A stretch of DNA of 64,000 nt from Octopus vulgaris (lineage: Eukaryota): the NCBI GenBank assembly GCA_951406725.2, contig OX597818.1, positions 56,544,001 through 56,608,000 of the forward strand, in the 5' to 3' direction. This document shows positions 23,882 to 36,169 of the stretch, piece by piece. The notes under the pieces are model-generated. The model saw nothing but the letters and a program-made list of their open reading frames with translations. It was not told where the DNA came from and made no database searches. Positions within the stretch are counted from its first letter, which is position 1. Each line of letters begins with the position of its first letter. A program made the translations under genes and the position numbers.

Positions 23882-24280
23882 GTTAATCCAAACAAGAAAA
23901 CACAAAAAAACACAACAATGCGAGGACGTGGAACAAATAAAGTATTATTGGACGCTCAGGAAAGAAGGAAAGAAGGAGGGTTTAACGTTTCGAGCGGAGC
24001 TCTTCGTCGGAAACATTGGAGAAGGAAAGATCCTGAGAAGGGAAGACAGAGGAAAAAAAATCGCCGTATGATGATGATGTATGTCTGTGTGTCTGTTTGT
24101 CCTCCCGACCATCACTTAACAACCGATGTTGATGTGTTTACGTCCCTGTAACTTAGCAGTTCAGCAAAAGATACCAATAGATTAAGTAATAGGCTTAGAA
24201 TAATTCCTTGGGTCGATTTATTCTACTAAAGGCGGTGCTCCAGCATGGCCGCAGTCAAATGACTGAAACAAAGAAAAGAA
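23699..24280 (+). mobile_element. SINE family A with a nested hammerhead-like element (23881-24066, minus strand) in its TA tract
   Basis: SINE consensus on both sides. Reverse complement of 23980-24014 reads gttt-ccgacga-a-gagc-tcc-gctc-gaaa-cgtt-aaac. Confidence 0.75.
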
Positions 24281-25174
24281 TAGTTTTTTTTTTTTTAGTT
24301 TTTGTTATCAGACAAAAGGTTATGATATGAATGAGGCAGCAATGAGTAAAGTCAACAGCTATTGTTATTAACAGGTGTGTCTCTGATCAAAGGTGAGATT
24401 TTTGTATATTTCCAGGTAAATATAAATTAGGAATTCATTAAGATTAGAGTGAGGCAAGCAGGTGATCTAATATCCAAAATATTTCCTGGCAGTAAACTGT
24501 ACTTGACTAACCTGATAAAATATTTTCAGTTGGTCCAAAAATTTTTGAACTGGTTAGTTAAATATCTAGCACAAATTCGTTAAACATTTTGAATATTCAA
24601 CATGAGTAAAGCCTGAATTATTCAGTTGTTTGTTTTCCTAGGACACACCCCACCCCCTTAGTGATTAATTGTAAAATATGTAAAATTCATTCTACATTAG
24701 TTTGGAAATAATGAAGTTTTTAGTAGATATCTTCTCACCATATCTAGAGAAATATATTTTATGTAGAATACGGTTAGATTGTCATCTAAAAAAGTTTGTT
24801 CAAATATTTTCCTATCAAGATGTGATTAATTTATCATGGGTGTACTGCTTCTAAAATTAGAATTATACTTTGGGTTTTTGGATTCCCCCAATTTTTTTTT
24901 ATAACTCTGTTGGTATCAACCTGCCTCAAATCTATTTTGTTTTAAAGTTTTTATTGAAATTAGAATCCTTCCGTAATGTAAGAAACTGCATTCTGTAATG
25001 AGAGACTTTGTTCCGTAATGTGGGAGACTTACCATAATGTAAGGTCAGTAGAACCACTAGAGCATGAAGCAGTCTGTGAGACCCCTGGATTATGTCAAAC
25101 CATTCGACCTGTGCCATGCTGGAACACACATATGAAATGATGGTGATATTTCTTTTACCAATATTTTCTCTGTT

Positions 25175-25830
25175 TAGGGTGGCGAGCTGGCTGGTTCGTC
25201 AGCACGCTGGGTGAAATACTTAGCGGTATTTCCGTCTGCTGTTCTGAGTTCAAATTCCGCCGAGGTTGACTTTGCCTTTCATCCTCTCTGGGTCGATAAA
25301 TAAAGTACCAATTACGCACTGGGGTTGATATAATCGACTTAATCTGTTTGTCTGTCCTTGTTTGTCCTCTCTGTGTTTAGCCCCTTGTGGGTAGTAAAGA
25401 AATAGGTATTTCGTCTGCTGTTACGTTCCGAGTTCAAATTCTGCTGAGGTCGACTTTGTCTTTCATCCTTTCGGAGTCAATTAAATAAGTACCAGTTACG
25501 CACTGGAGTCGATATAATCGACTTAATCCGTTTGTCTGTCCTTCTTTGTCCCTCTGTGTTTAGCCCCTTGTGGGTAGTAAAGAAATAGGTATTTTGTCTG
25601 CCGTTACGTTCTGAGTTCAAATTCCGCTGAGGTCGACTTTACCTTTCATCCTTTCGGGGTTGATTAAATAAGTACCAGTGCATATAGCACTGGCCTAGAG
25701 TAGAAAAGAATATGTACCATCCAGCTATATATTCTTTTACTTCTTTCAGTCACTTGACTGCGACCATGATGGAGCACCACCTTAAAGGGTTTGTCTCCTC
25801 TATGTTTAGCACCCTGTGGGCAATAAAGAA
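25175..25830 (+). mobile_element. Family B SINE multimer/composite
   Basis: Three tandem core units. Flanked by atatt(t/c)tctctgtt-like direct repeats at 25161 and 25831. Confidence 0.75.
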
Positions 25831-26065
25831 ATATTCTCTCTGTTCTCAATAGTAGAATTATTCACAAGAGTTTTTTTGTCTGAAATGTGGAAACAAAACT
25901 TCCAACAATGTGATTCCAGATTCATTCCCTTGGCATAACACCATAGACAAGCATCTTGTATTTTAGCTTCAGGTACCAAAGATATCTGTTCATGTGTATC
26001 ACCAAAAGATATTTCGATTTGGGATTTGGTTTGCAAGATTCTTTATATGAGTTCGTGTGTTGAAG

Positions 26066-26358
26066 CATATTCTGTTGTGTCTAGGGAGAGTCATTTTCTT
26101 TTTGTGCCTTATATTGTAACATACTCACCGGTAAAATTTCCACTTATTTCTTATTTTTATTTTCCTAAAGTTTTCGTTGTGTCTTGCAACCTTTTCAATA
26201 GTCTTGACTCTGTCAAGATATGTAAATGAAAAGGTTGCAAGATGCAACGAAAATTTCAGGAAAATAAAAATAAGAAATAAGTGGAAATTTTACCAGTGAG
26301 TGTGTTAGATTATAAGGCACAAAAAGAAAATGACTCTCCCTAGACACCAAAAGATATG
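26066..26358. mobile_element. Foldback/MITE with ~130-bp inverted arms
   Basis: 26066-26197 is the reverse complement of 26227-26358 with few mismatches. Single-arm copy at 38113-38200. Confidence 0.85.
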
Positions 26359-27195
26359 ATCTACTACAAAAAGACTAAAATATTGGTAATTTTTCAAAGT
26401 TTCTTGAGATATTTGTTCTGAAATGAGTTGCAGAAATTCCTTAGGTGTGAGATGCAGTTTGAATATTAAAGACTATTTGAAATGGATACAGCCAGTTTAA
26501 ATGCTAAAAGGTTAAAAACAACGATAATGATGGTTTTATGTGAAAATCTAAAATGACAAAAGTGGTTCCTTTTATTACCTATCCTGTTTGAAGTAAAGGA
26601 TATCCTGTGTCGGTGACATAGTTTATGATGGACGTATTAGATCTTGTTCCTATACGGAACTTTTCTAGTTTATTGAATGACAAACTAACTACCTCTGTCT
26701 GTTTGGTTCGATAGAGCATTGCTATGATGTCAGAGTATGTTGTGTTGGTAATGTTTTATGAAGAGGGGGATGACGTAAACCTATAAATGTTCAAATGCAG
26801 ACAGGTAAAAATGTGCTGTTTTGAGGATTCGTAAGTTACCGCTTTTCCCTAGTTTTGTGTGTGTGTTTCCTCTGTTGTTCTTATTTTTAAACCCTTCTTT
26901 GTATTCACACGCACACATATATCCGTCTGTCTTTCTCTTCACCATTTGACCAAATATAAATCCTGTTTCACAAATTTTCAACCCATTATTGGAAATCTCC
27001 CCACTTAACTTTGGGAGTGTCTTCCTGTTATCTATGTTGTACACACACACACACTCTTATTACTCACACTTATCCGACAGTAGTTTGACAAGAAAATAGA
27101 ATTACTTGTACTTGTAAATAAAACACAAACTTAACATTGGTTATTTTACTAAATTCTTCATGATTCCAACATTAAAAGCAAAGAAAACACGAACA

Positions 27196-27229
<34 letters not shown>

Positions 27230-27279
27230 TTAAATCCTTAAAAATGTTTCAGCCCAAAGGCCGTGGCCATGCTGGGGCA

Positions 27280-27327
<48 letters not shown>

Positions 27328-27363
27328 ATAAAATCCTTTTAAGAGCAGAAAAATTTGTCAGCA

Positions 27364-27435
27364 ACCAGCCATGAGGATTGAACCCACAGCCCTCTAATAT
27401 CCGGTTAGAGTGCTCTACCTTTAAGCTAAACTGTC
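27364..27435 (-). pseudogene. tRNA-like cloverleaf sequence, not a canonical tRNA
   Basis: Minus strand: tagcttaaaggtagagc D-arm, ctctaa-ccggata-ttagag anticodon-like arm, gtgggttcaatcctcat T-arm. Confidence 0.55.
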
Positions 27436-27935
27436 GACCAACAAATTCTTCTGCAATCTTAGAAGTTATAAAGTGATCCAGAAATGCTAGATGTCAAAAA
27501 GATTACGGCATAAGTAAACAAACTTGTTTACACATGACATTGAGAAAACCTATTTTTTAACAAAATAATGGTAATGAATGGGTTCCACTTTTGTTACCAA
27601 ATCTCCCAAGAAATAAAACTGCTTTTGTGTCAGTTAATTTTTTAAAATAATGAAAAATTTAATAGAATAACTTCACTCTTAATTCTTTCGGTCAAAAACT
27701 TTACAACCCAAATCTTTAAAATTCCCATTCTATTCTGATGCAGTTAAGTACTGCTCCAGTGTAGTGCCAGTGGTGCCAGACATATGATCAGAGTGCATGA
27801 CACTGTAATGACACCTCCAAGGGCTTGCATGCATACAATCCTTCCGCCACTCCATTACCGACTAATTTTAAGTGTTTATTATTGGTTTTCGTGCTTTGGT
27901 AAGTTATTTATAACATTTTCTTCACTACAAACGTA

Positions 27936-28331
27936 TCTTTATATATAAAAGAGAAGTTGTGTGTCTGTCTCCTACGATTTAGATTCCTAACTACTCCCAC
28001 ATTTTGCGGTGCAGTGTAACCAAAAGCGGGTATCTTATAGTCGTGATTCATATCGAGCCCTTCTGGGTATTAGCGCGCGTCTACGATGAGTCTACGATTT
28101 TAAAAATAATTTACCATAATTTTTTTCCATTTTAATGCATTTTTTCGCTATTATATAAGGGAAGTAACTCTCTAAAAATGTCTACGATTAGTCAATGATT
28201 TAAAAAAAAATTTACCATAATTTTTTTCCTATTTTTAATGCATTTTTTTGCTATTTTTTGGCTACAACTCTCTAAAAATACTTTATAGTTATTTCCCTTA
28301 CAAACCGAGCAACGCTGGGCGATACTGCTAG
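27936..28331 (+). mobile_element. Non-autonomous Helitron, second family
   Basis: TC start. The 3' end ccgagcaacgctgggcgatactgCTAG is shared with 13593-13999, but the interior differs. Confidence 0.8.
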
Positions 28332-29260
28332 TTAATAATATTCTGTTGTGTCATCCTTTCAGGGTCGATTGAATAAGTACCAGTTACGCACTGGGGTCGA
28401 TGTAATCGACTTAATCCCTTTGTTTGTCCTTGTTTGTCCTCTCTATGTTTAGCCCCTTGTGGGTAGTAAAGGAATGGGTACTTCATCTAAATACATTACA
28501 TGCATGGTAGATTAGAAAACCCAAAATGGTACAAATATGTACCAAACTAAAAATAGTGTCTACATAATTGGCACCGTCACAAACCGTCTAATAAGCATTT
28601 GCACGATATAGTTTTACCAAAATTTCAAAGAAAATACATCCAGATCATGAGAGAAAATTCTGGGTCGAAAGGGTTAAACTGTTGTTTGGAACAAAGACTA
28701 ACATGGAACTTTGATGGAGATGGACGGGTTTTAATTAGGATAACATAAAAACAGGAAGTTTGTCTCAGAGAACGGAGGCCATTTCAAATGGGTTGGCACA
28801 TGAAAAGGATTAAACCTTTGGCATTCAAATCATTCTGTCAAATATCGTCATCGTCATCATCATCATCATTTAATGTTTCCTTGCTGGAATGGGTAGGACC
28901 GCTTGACAGGAACAGGCAGGTCAAAAGACTACACTTAGCTTTTGTTCTAAATTAATCAGATCATTGAGATCTTGCTTGTTTGCTTTTTAGAATGACATTG
29001 TAGGGTAGGTGTGAGAGGCCAGTTGTGGTCGGTTGGTTTGAACATAAAAGAGGTGGAATGTTTGGGCTGAATGTGGCCTATTTAAATGCTAAATGGGTAA
29101 CTCTTTGGAGGTGGAGCCCCATTTGGAGTTTCAGTCACAAGCCCCACATAAGGCATGCTCTTATTGAAAAAAAAAAAATTATAAAAAAATACAGCAATTA
29201 CTTTACATATATAAAACTATATATATCCTTGTAGGAAATTGAATGAACTAATACAATCTG

Positions 29261-29787
29261 TAGGCGTAGGAGTAGCTGTGTGGTAAGTAGCTTGCTTAAG
29301 AGAAGCAGAAGTCGGCGGGCGCTTTTTGTCTTCTCCAATCCTTATCATCTTTCTTTCATTATCATTCATTTCATTAATGTCCTCGTCCAGCCCGCAAAGC
29401 TAACTTAATCTGTGTACTGCCTTTATGGCAAATGTTATGAAATAAAGTAGCTTGCTTACGAACTACATGGTTCCAGGTTCAGTCCCACTGCGTGGCACCT
29501 TGGGCAAGTGTCTTCTACTATAGCCTTGGGCTGACCAAAGCCTTGTGAGTGGATTTAGTAGACGGAAGCTGAAAGAAACCAATCGTATATATGCACATAT
29601 ATGTATGTGTATATATGTTTGTGTGTCTGTGTTTGTCCACCCGGCATTGCTTGACAACCGATGCTGGTGTGTTTACGTCCCGGTAACTTAGCGACTAGGC
29701 TTACAAAGAGCAAGTCCTGGGGTCGATTTGCTCGACTAAAGGCAGTGCTCCAGCATGGCCACAGTCAAATGACTGAAACAAGTAAAA
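29261..29787 (+). mobile_element. SINE family A containing a 146-bp retro-insert (29299-29444)
   Basis: 14-bp TSD aagtagcttgctta at 29285-29298 and 29445-29458. Confidence 0.8.
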
Positions 29788-30454
29788 ATTTAAAAAAAGG
29801 GACTTTTCGGCTGACAGACTAGCCCTGTCGGCCCCTAAGGGTTAAACAAATGATATAGTAAAGCACTGATTCAGTTTAGCCTGACACTAACTGCGCCTTA
29901 CATGGTCACAGGACATGCTAAAAACAACAGCTAATCTCTTTTTAATATCACACTCCATTGTCTATGCAAAGAATACAATTAATTGTTATCTATTGTAGGT
30001 TCCCTGCACACAGGAAAAAGATGGTGTGGTCATGGTTGGAATATTTCCTAACCCAGTTTGCTGACCCATAGCTGAACAATAACACCACCACCACCTGCCC
30101 TTTCTCTTATCTGTGTTAATGTTATTAATCTTGACCTTTTAGTTCTGCTGTCATTAATCTCATTAGAGTTATGCACTTGATTACCTTCTCGTTAGTTTGC
30201 AACTCAAATCTTGACATTTTAAGACTAAATTTATTCCCCCCCTCCCACCTTCCCCCCTCTGCCTTCTTTATGTATATGTATATATATATATTTTTTTTGT
30301 TAAAACATTTGAAATATTGTTGCTGTTTAACTCCTGGTCAATCCTGACTGAGCAGATCTAGGATCAAAGACGTTCCATTTTAGGTGCCCTTTACATATAT
30401 ATACACACACACACACACACAAAAGCATTCACATGTACACTCAGACACTGGTAT

Positions 30455-30497
<43 letters not shown>

Positions 30498-30500
<3 letters not shown>

Positions 30501-30645
30501 TAATAAGAGAGGGACCACATGTGGTCCCTCTCTTATTACTTGTATTAATAATTTTTACTGTATCACAGTTTTTTTATGCTAGGCCACTTGGTGTTTTAAA
30601 TTGATGTTATTAATTAATATTCAATTTTTTTCACCCTTATTGTGA

Positions 30646-30655
<10 letters not shown>
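30498..30655. mobile_element. TA-embedded element capped by a perfect 44-bp palindrome
   Basis: aagtaataagagagggaccaca|tgtggtccctctcttattactt at 30498-30541. Confidence 0.6.
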
Positions 30656-30706
<51 letters not shown>

Positions 30707-30795
30707 GACACACTGGTATGCATGTGTGTGTATATATATATATATATATATACATACACACAGGTATATTGTATGTGTATTTCTGTATATATATT

Positions 30796-31163
30796 CTCTT
30801 TTACTTGTTTCAGTCATTTGACTGTGACTGGCCATGCTGGAGCACCGCCTTTAGTCGAGCAAATCAACCCGGGGACTTATTCTTTGTAAGCCTAGTACTT
30901 ATTCTATCGGTCTCTTTTGCCGAACAGCTAAGTTACGGGGAATGTAAACACACCAGCATCGGTTGTCAAGCGATGTTGGGGGGACAGACACACAAACACA
31001 CACACATATATATACATACATATATACGACGGACTTCTTTCAGTTTCCGTCTACCAAATCCACTCACAAGGCATTGGTTGACCCGGGGCTATAGTAGAAG
31101 ACACTTGCCCAAGGTGCCACGCAGTGAAACTGAACCCGGAACCATGTGGTTGGTTAGCAAGCT
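30796..31163 (-). mobile_element. SINE family A
   Basis: Matches the family consensus. Confidence 0.85.
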
Positions 31164-32314
31164 AAAATTCTACAAAATCTATTTTATAGTTATATATAGT
31201 ATATCATAATAACCTACATGTGGATATTGACCATTGTGGTTAGCTGTCAACTAGCACTTGACTGAGAGATAACACAGTAACCGCTCGGATAATAAATATT
31301 GCTCCAAACTCACTTCTAGATATATATATACATATATAATGTCATCTTTCATCTTTTTACTTGTTATTTGGCTGTGACCAGACTGGAGCACTGCCTTGAA
31401 GGCTTTTAGTAAAACAAATCAACCCCAGTACATTTTGTTTTTTGTTTTTATATTATTCTCTCTCTCTTTTTCCAACCAGTTAAGTTATGGGGATATAAAC
31501 AAACCAATACTTGTTTCTAAGCTGTGAGTGATACACACACACACATACAAGGGACTTCCACATAGTTTCCATCTGGTAAATTCACTCCCAAAGTATTGGT
31601 TGGCACAGGCCCATGATAGGAGACTTACCCAAGGTGGGACTGAACTTAGAACCATTTGGTTATAAAGTCAGCTTCTTAACCACATAGCTTGTATGTCCAA
31701 AGTGCTCTTTTTATTTTTAAAAGATAATTGTTATTTGAGAGAATTTAGCTGCTATTTTTAGCAGGTTGAGTGACTATGTAGAGATGCTATTTTTAGCTTG
31801 TAAATATGAACATATTTCAAAAATATTTTGCCCGTTGCTGTTGATAATCAAAAGAAGCCTTCCAGGTGTGACCATCCTGTTATATTCCAATACATCTTGT
31901 GTTACACCCTATATGTTCTCGTTTTGAATATTGAAGGGCATGGTTCCAAAGGAGAATTGACTGCTGTTTCTAGTAAATCAAGTGGCTGTGTTGCGTGGGC
32001 TTGACAACTTGTGGCCTTTCGTGACATTCTCTACGGCTCCTTGTAATGTCATGCTTATATAAACTTTATTTAAATTTTCTAACATAATCTTTAATTGTGA
32101 CTCCATTTAAATTTGTTGCTTTCTCATTCATTCACACTTTCCGTCAATGAATGTGTTGTTGTTTGCCAGAGATATTAACCAATGAACTACACCCAATGTT
32201 TGGATAATTATTCTTACTACATACGATGTTAATTGAATTATTCTGATGAGTAACGAGCAGTTAATTAATGATGTATGAAAGACTAAATGCTCCATAATCT
32301 AAAATGTATTGTAA

Positions 32315-32370
32315 CGACCAAAGCCTTGTGAGTGGATTTGGTAGACGGAAACTGAAAGAAGCCCGTCGTA

Positions 32371-32409
<39 letters not shown>

Positions 32410-33700
32410 TTGTGTGTCTGTGTTTGTCCCCTAGCATTGCTTGACAACCGATGCTGGTGTGTTTATGTCCCCGTTACTTAGCGGTTCGGCAAAAGAGACC
32501 GATAGAATAAGTACTGGGCTTACAAAAGAATAAGTCCCGGGGTCGAGTTGCTCGATTAAAGGCGGTGCTCCAGCATGGCCGCAGTCAAATGACTGAAACG
32601 AGTAAAAGAGTAAAGAGAATATCTTTTAATTTTTTTTATACTTATTTCAGCTGTTAGAATTTTTAGTTGAATGTATCAAACCCAGTACATATTCTAGTGG
32701 TCCCTTTTGCCAAACTGCCAAGTTATGGGAATATAAAAACACCAACATAGGTTGTCAAGCAATGTGGGTGGACAAACTCAGAGAAAAACACAGATATACA
32801 TATATATATATATATATATGTGTGTGTAGCACGTAAAAAGCACCATCTGATTGTGGCCGTTTGCCAGCCTCGTCTGGCACCTGTGCGGGTGGCACGTAAA
32901 AAGCACCCACTACACTCATGGAGTGGTTGGCGTTAGGAAGGGCATCCAGCCATAGAAACATTGCCAGATCAGACTGGGCCTGGTGTAGCCTTCTGGCTTC
33001 CCAGACCCCAGTTGAACCATCCAACCCATGCCAGCATGGAAAACGGACGCTAAACGATGATGATGATGATGTCTGTGTGTGTGTGTGTGTGTGTACTAGG
33101 TTTACAAAGAATAAGTCCTGGAGTCAATTTGTTTGACAAAAGGCAGTGCTCCAGCATGGTCGCAGTCAAATGACTGAAACAAATGTCTGTTTTCACATTT
33201 TGAGTTCAAATTCCACCAAGGTCAGCTTTGCCTTTCACCCTTTCGGGCTTGATAAATAAAGTACCAGTTGCGTACTGGGGTCCACTAATCAACTGGCTCC
33301 CCCTCCCCCAAAATTTCAGGCCTTGTACCTGAAGTAGAAAAGAAACATTAGCACGTCAGGCGGAATACTTTGTGGTTTTCGTCAGTCTTTACATTCTGAG
33401 TTCAAATTCCGCTGAGGTCGACTTTGACTTTCATCCTTTCGGTGTCGATAAATTAAGTACCAGTTGCATACTGGGGTCAGTATAATCAACTGGCCCCCCT
33501 CCTCCAAATTTCGGACCTTGTGGCTAGAGTAGAAAGGAATATATTATCTTTGTTCTGATTTCAAATTCTGCTCAGGTCAACTTTGCCGTTGATCCATTTA
33601 GGGTCAGTTAGAAAAGTACCAGTTGAATACTGGGGTTGATGTAATCGACTCCCCACCCTACTCCCTTACAAATTGCAGGATTGTGCCAAAATTTAAAACC
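32315..33700 (+). mobile_element. Cluster: truncated SINE A (32315-32615), RTE tail (32828-33070), SINE A 3' end, three degenerate family B units (33190-33700)
   Basis: Matches to families seen elsewhere in the window. Confidence 0.7.
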
Positions 33701-34202
33701 AATATATATTCCCTTGTATTTTAGAATTATATTGGAGAAAAATCAGTGGTTATTGTTGCTGTGATTGTTTAGCCTTAATTAAGCTAATTGGGGGGGTAAA
33801 TCCAATTGTAACTATCATGTTTTTCTGTCCATGAGACACCATTGTGCAATGTGTCCTTTCTAGATTTGAGCAGTAAGGTGTAATTTAAGGTAGATTTAGT
33901 TGCTATTTCTAGCAGGTTGAGTGACCTACCTTATGCAGACACCATTGGCTTACAGTACGGGTGTCTGTTGATGTTTACAGTTATGTAATTAATTAGTTCA
34001 ATTAACATTGGAAAGTCAGTCTGTGACATTTTGGGTGTGTGTGTGTGTGCCTTCACAGAAACGTCAACCTGACATGCTTTGTGCTTTGACGGATGAAACT
34101 GTCAAGAAACCTATTGCATGTTTGTGTATGTATATGTATGCAGGCATATCTGTGTATGTGTTTGTATGCATAAGTGTGCATATATTAGTATGCATAGACA
34201 CG

Positions 34203-34715
34203 TGTGGCTGTGTGGATAAGAGCTTGCTTCCTAACAACGTGGTTCTGGGTTCAGTCCCACTGCATGGTACCTTGGGCAAGTGTCTTCTACTATAGCCTTG
34301 GGCCAGCCAAACTGTGAGAAGGATTTGGTAAATGGAAACTGTAAAAAGCCTGTCGTGTGTCTGTCCCACCTCCACTTGACAACTGGTGTTAGGGTGTTTA
34401 CACCCCCATGACATAGTGGTTTGCAAAGAGGGACCAATAGAATCAGTACCAGGCTTAAATAAAAGTACTGTGATCGGTTCAAGGTGTTGCTCTCAGTACA
34501 TTGTGTGTGTGTATATGTCTGTGCGTCTGTGTTTGTCCACCCATCATCGCTTGACAACCAATGCCGGTGTGTTTACGTCCCTGTAACTTAGCAGTTCGGC
34601 AAAAGAGGCTGATAGAATAAGTACTAGGCTTACAAAGAATAAGTCCTTGGGTTGATTTGCTCGACTAAAGGCAGTGCTCCAGCATGGCCACAGTCAAATG
34701 ACTGAAACAAGTAAA
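34203..34715 (+). mobile_element. Degenerate/composite SINE family A
   Basis: Head and 3' end match the consensus. Confidence 0.7.
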
Positions 34716-35004
34716 AAAAAAGAAAGGACTTTTCGGCTGACAGACTAGCCCTGTCGGCCCCTAAGGGTTAAACAAATGATATAGTAAAGTACTGATTCAG
34801 TTTAGCCAGACACTAACTGCACCTTACATGGTCACAGAACATGCTAAAAATAACAGCTGATCTCTTTCTAATATCACACTCCATTGTCTTGGCAAAGAAT
34901 ACAGTGGATTGTCATCTATTGTAGGCTCCTTGCACACAGGAAAAAGTTGGTGTGGTCACGGTTGGAATATTTTGACAAAAAATTTATGACTAAAATAAGA
35001 TAAG

Positions 35005-35150
35005 GCATGTGCACATATTTGCATGCATGTGTCCATATACATGCATATTTTTGCATACATGTGTGCATATGTTTGTGTATATGTATGTATGCATGTTTGC
35101 ATGCGTATATATGCATGTATGCACGCATATGTGCACATGTATGCATGCAT
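35005..35150. repeat. Alternating purine-pyrimidine low-complexity tract (ATGC/ATGT)
   Basis: Visible alternating pattern over about 145 bp. Confidence 0.85.
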
Positions 35151-35750
35151 CCAGCCATAGAATACTAACCACATCCGTAAGTTTCATTTAACCCTCTGAG
35201 GAAAGCGAAAGCGGATGTAAAAATAATTATAACGATGGTGCTGATAAAACGATAAGGTTTTGTGTGTGTGACCCATTTAAGCTTCTGGATATCAGAAGAG
35301 AAACATGTAAAGGGGGGTGGGGGCCAGTCGTTGCGGTGTGGGATGGGGTTGGCTTGACAGTTGTGCTGTTATCAAGATATTTTGTCAACCCAGCTACTGG
35401 TGTTGATACAAAGAAAATTGTTGAGTTTTCGCCTGCTATCTTGTCTGTTACATGTGGCGTTAACAAAACAGTAGGTGTGTGTGTGAGGTGGGGTGACCTG
35501 GGGGGTGGGGGAATAATTGAAAAATTTTCACATAAAAGATTGCTCTTTGTAATTGGTTTCTATTTATTTGGTAATTAAATCCAAGAGACTTAGTCTTATC
35601 ATATTTGAAATTTCATTAAAAAAAAAATCTTTTTTTTTTTTTCATTTTTAAATTTTATTCCCTCGTTCATTGTGTTTTGACTAACATTTCAGAATAACAT
35701 TGAGGGTGTCTTTACATGGTCACTTGATCTGCTAGTAATAGCAGCCAAAA

Positions 35751-36169
35751 GGCAGCGAGCTAGTAGAAACGTTAGCACACAGGGCGAAATGCTTAGCAGT
35801 ATTTCGTCTGCCATTACGTTGTGAGTTCAAATTCCGCCTAGGTCGACTTTGCCTTTCATTCTTTTGGGGTCAATAAATTAAGTACCAGTTACACACTGGG
35901 GTCGATGTAATTGACTCAATCCGTCTATCTGTCCTTGTTTGTCTCCTCTATGTTTAGCCCCTTGTGGGTAGTAAAGAAATAGGTATTTCATCTGCTGTTA
36001 CATTCTGAGTTCAAATCCTGCTGAGGTCGACTTTGCCTTTCATCCTTTCGAGGTCGATATAATTAAGTACCAGTTACGCACTGGGGTCGATGTAATCGAC
36101 TTAATCCGTTTGTCTGTCCTTGTTTGTTCCTTCTATGTTTAGCCCCTTGTGGGCAATAAAGAAATAAAA
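35751..36169 (+). mobile_element. Family B SINE dimer with TSD
   Basis: 14-bp TSD aatagcagccaaaa at 35737-35750 and 36170-36183. Confidence 0.85.
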
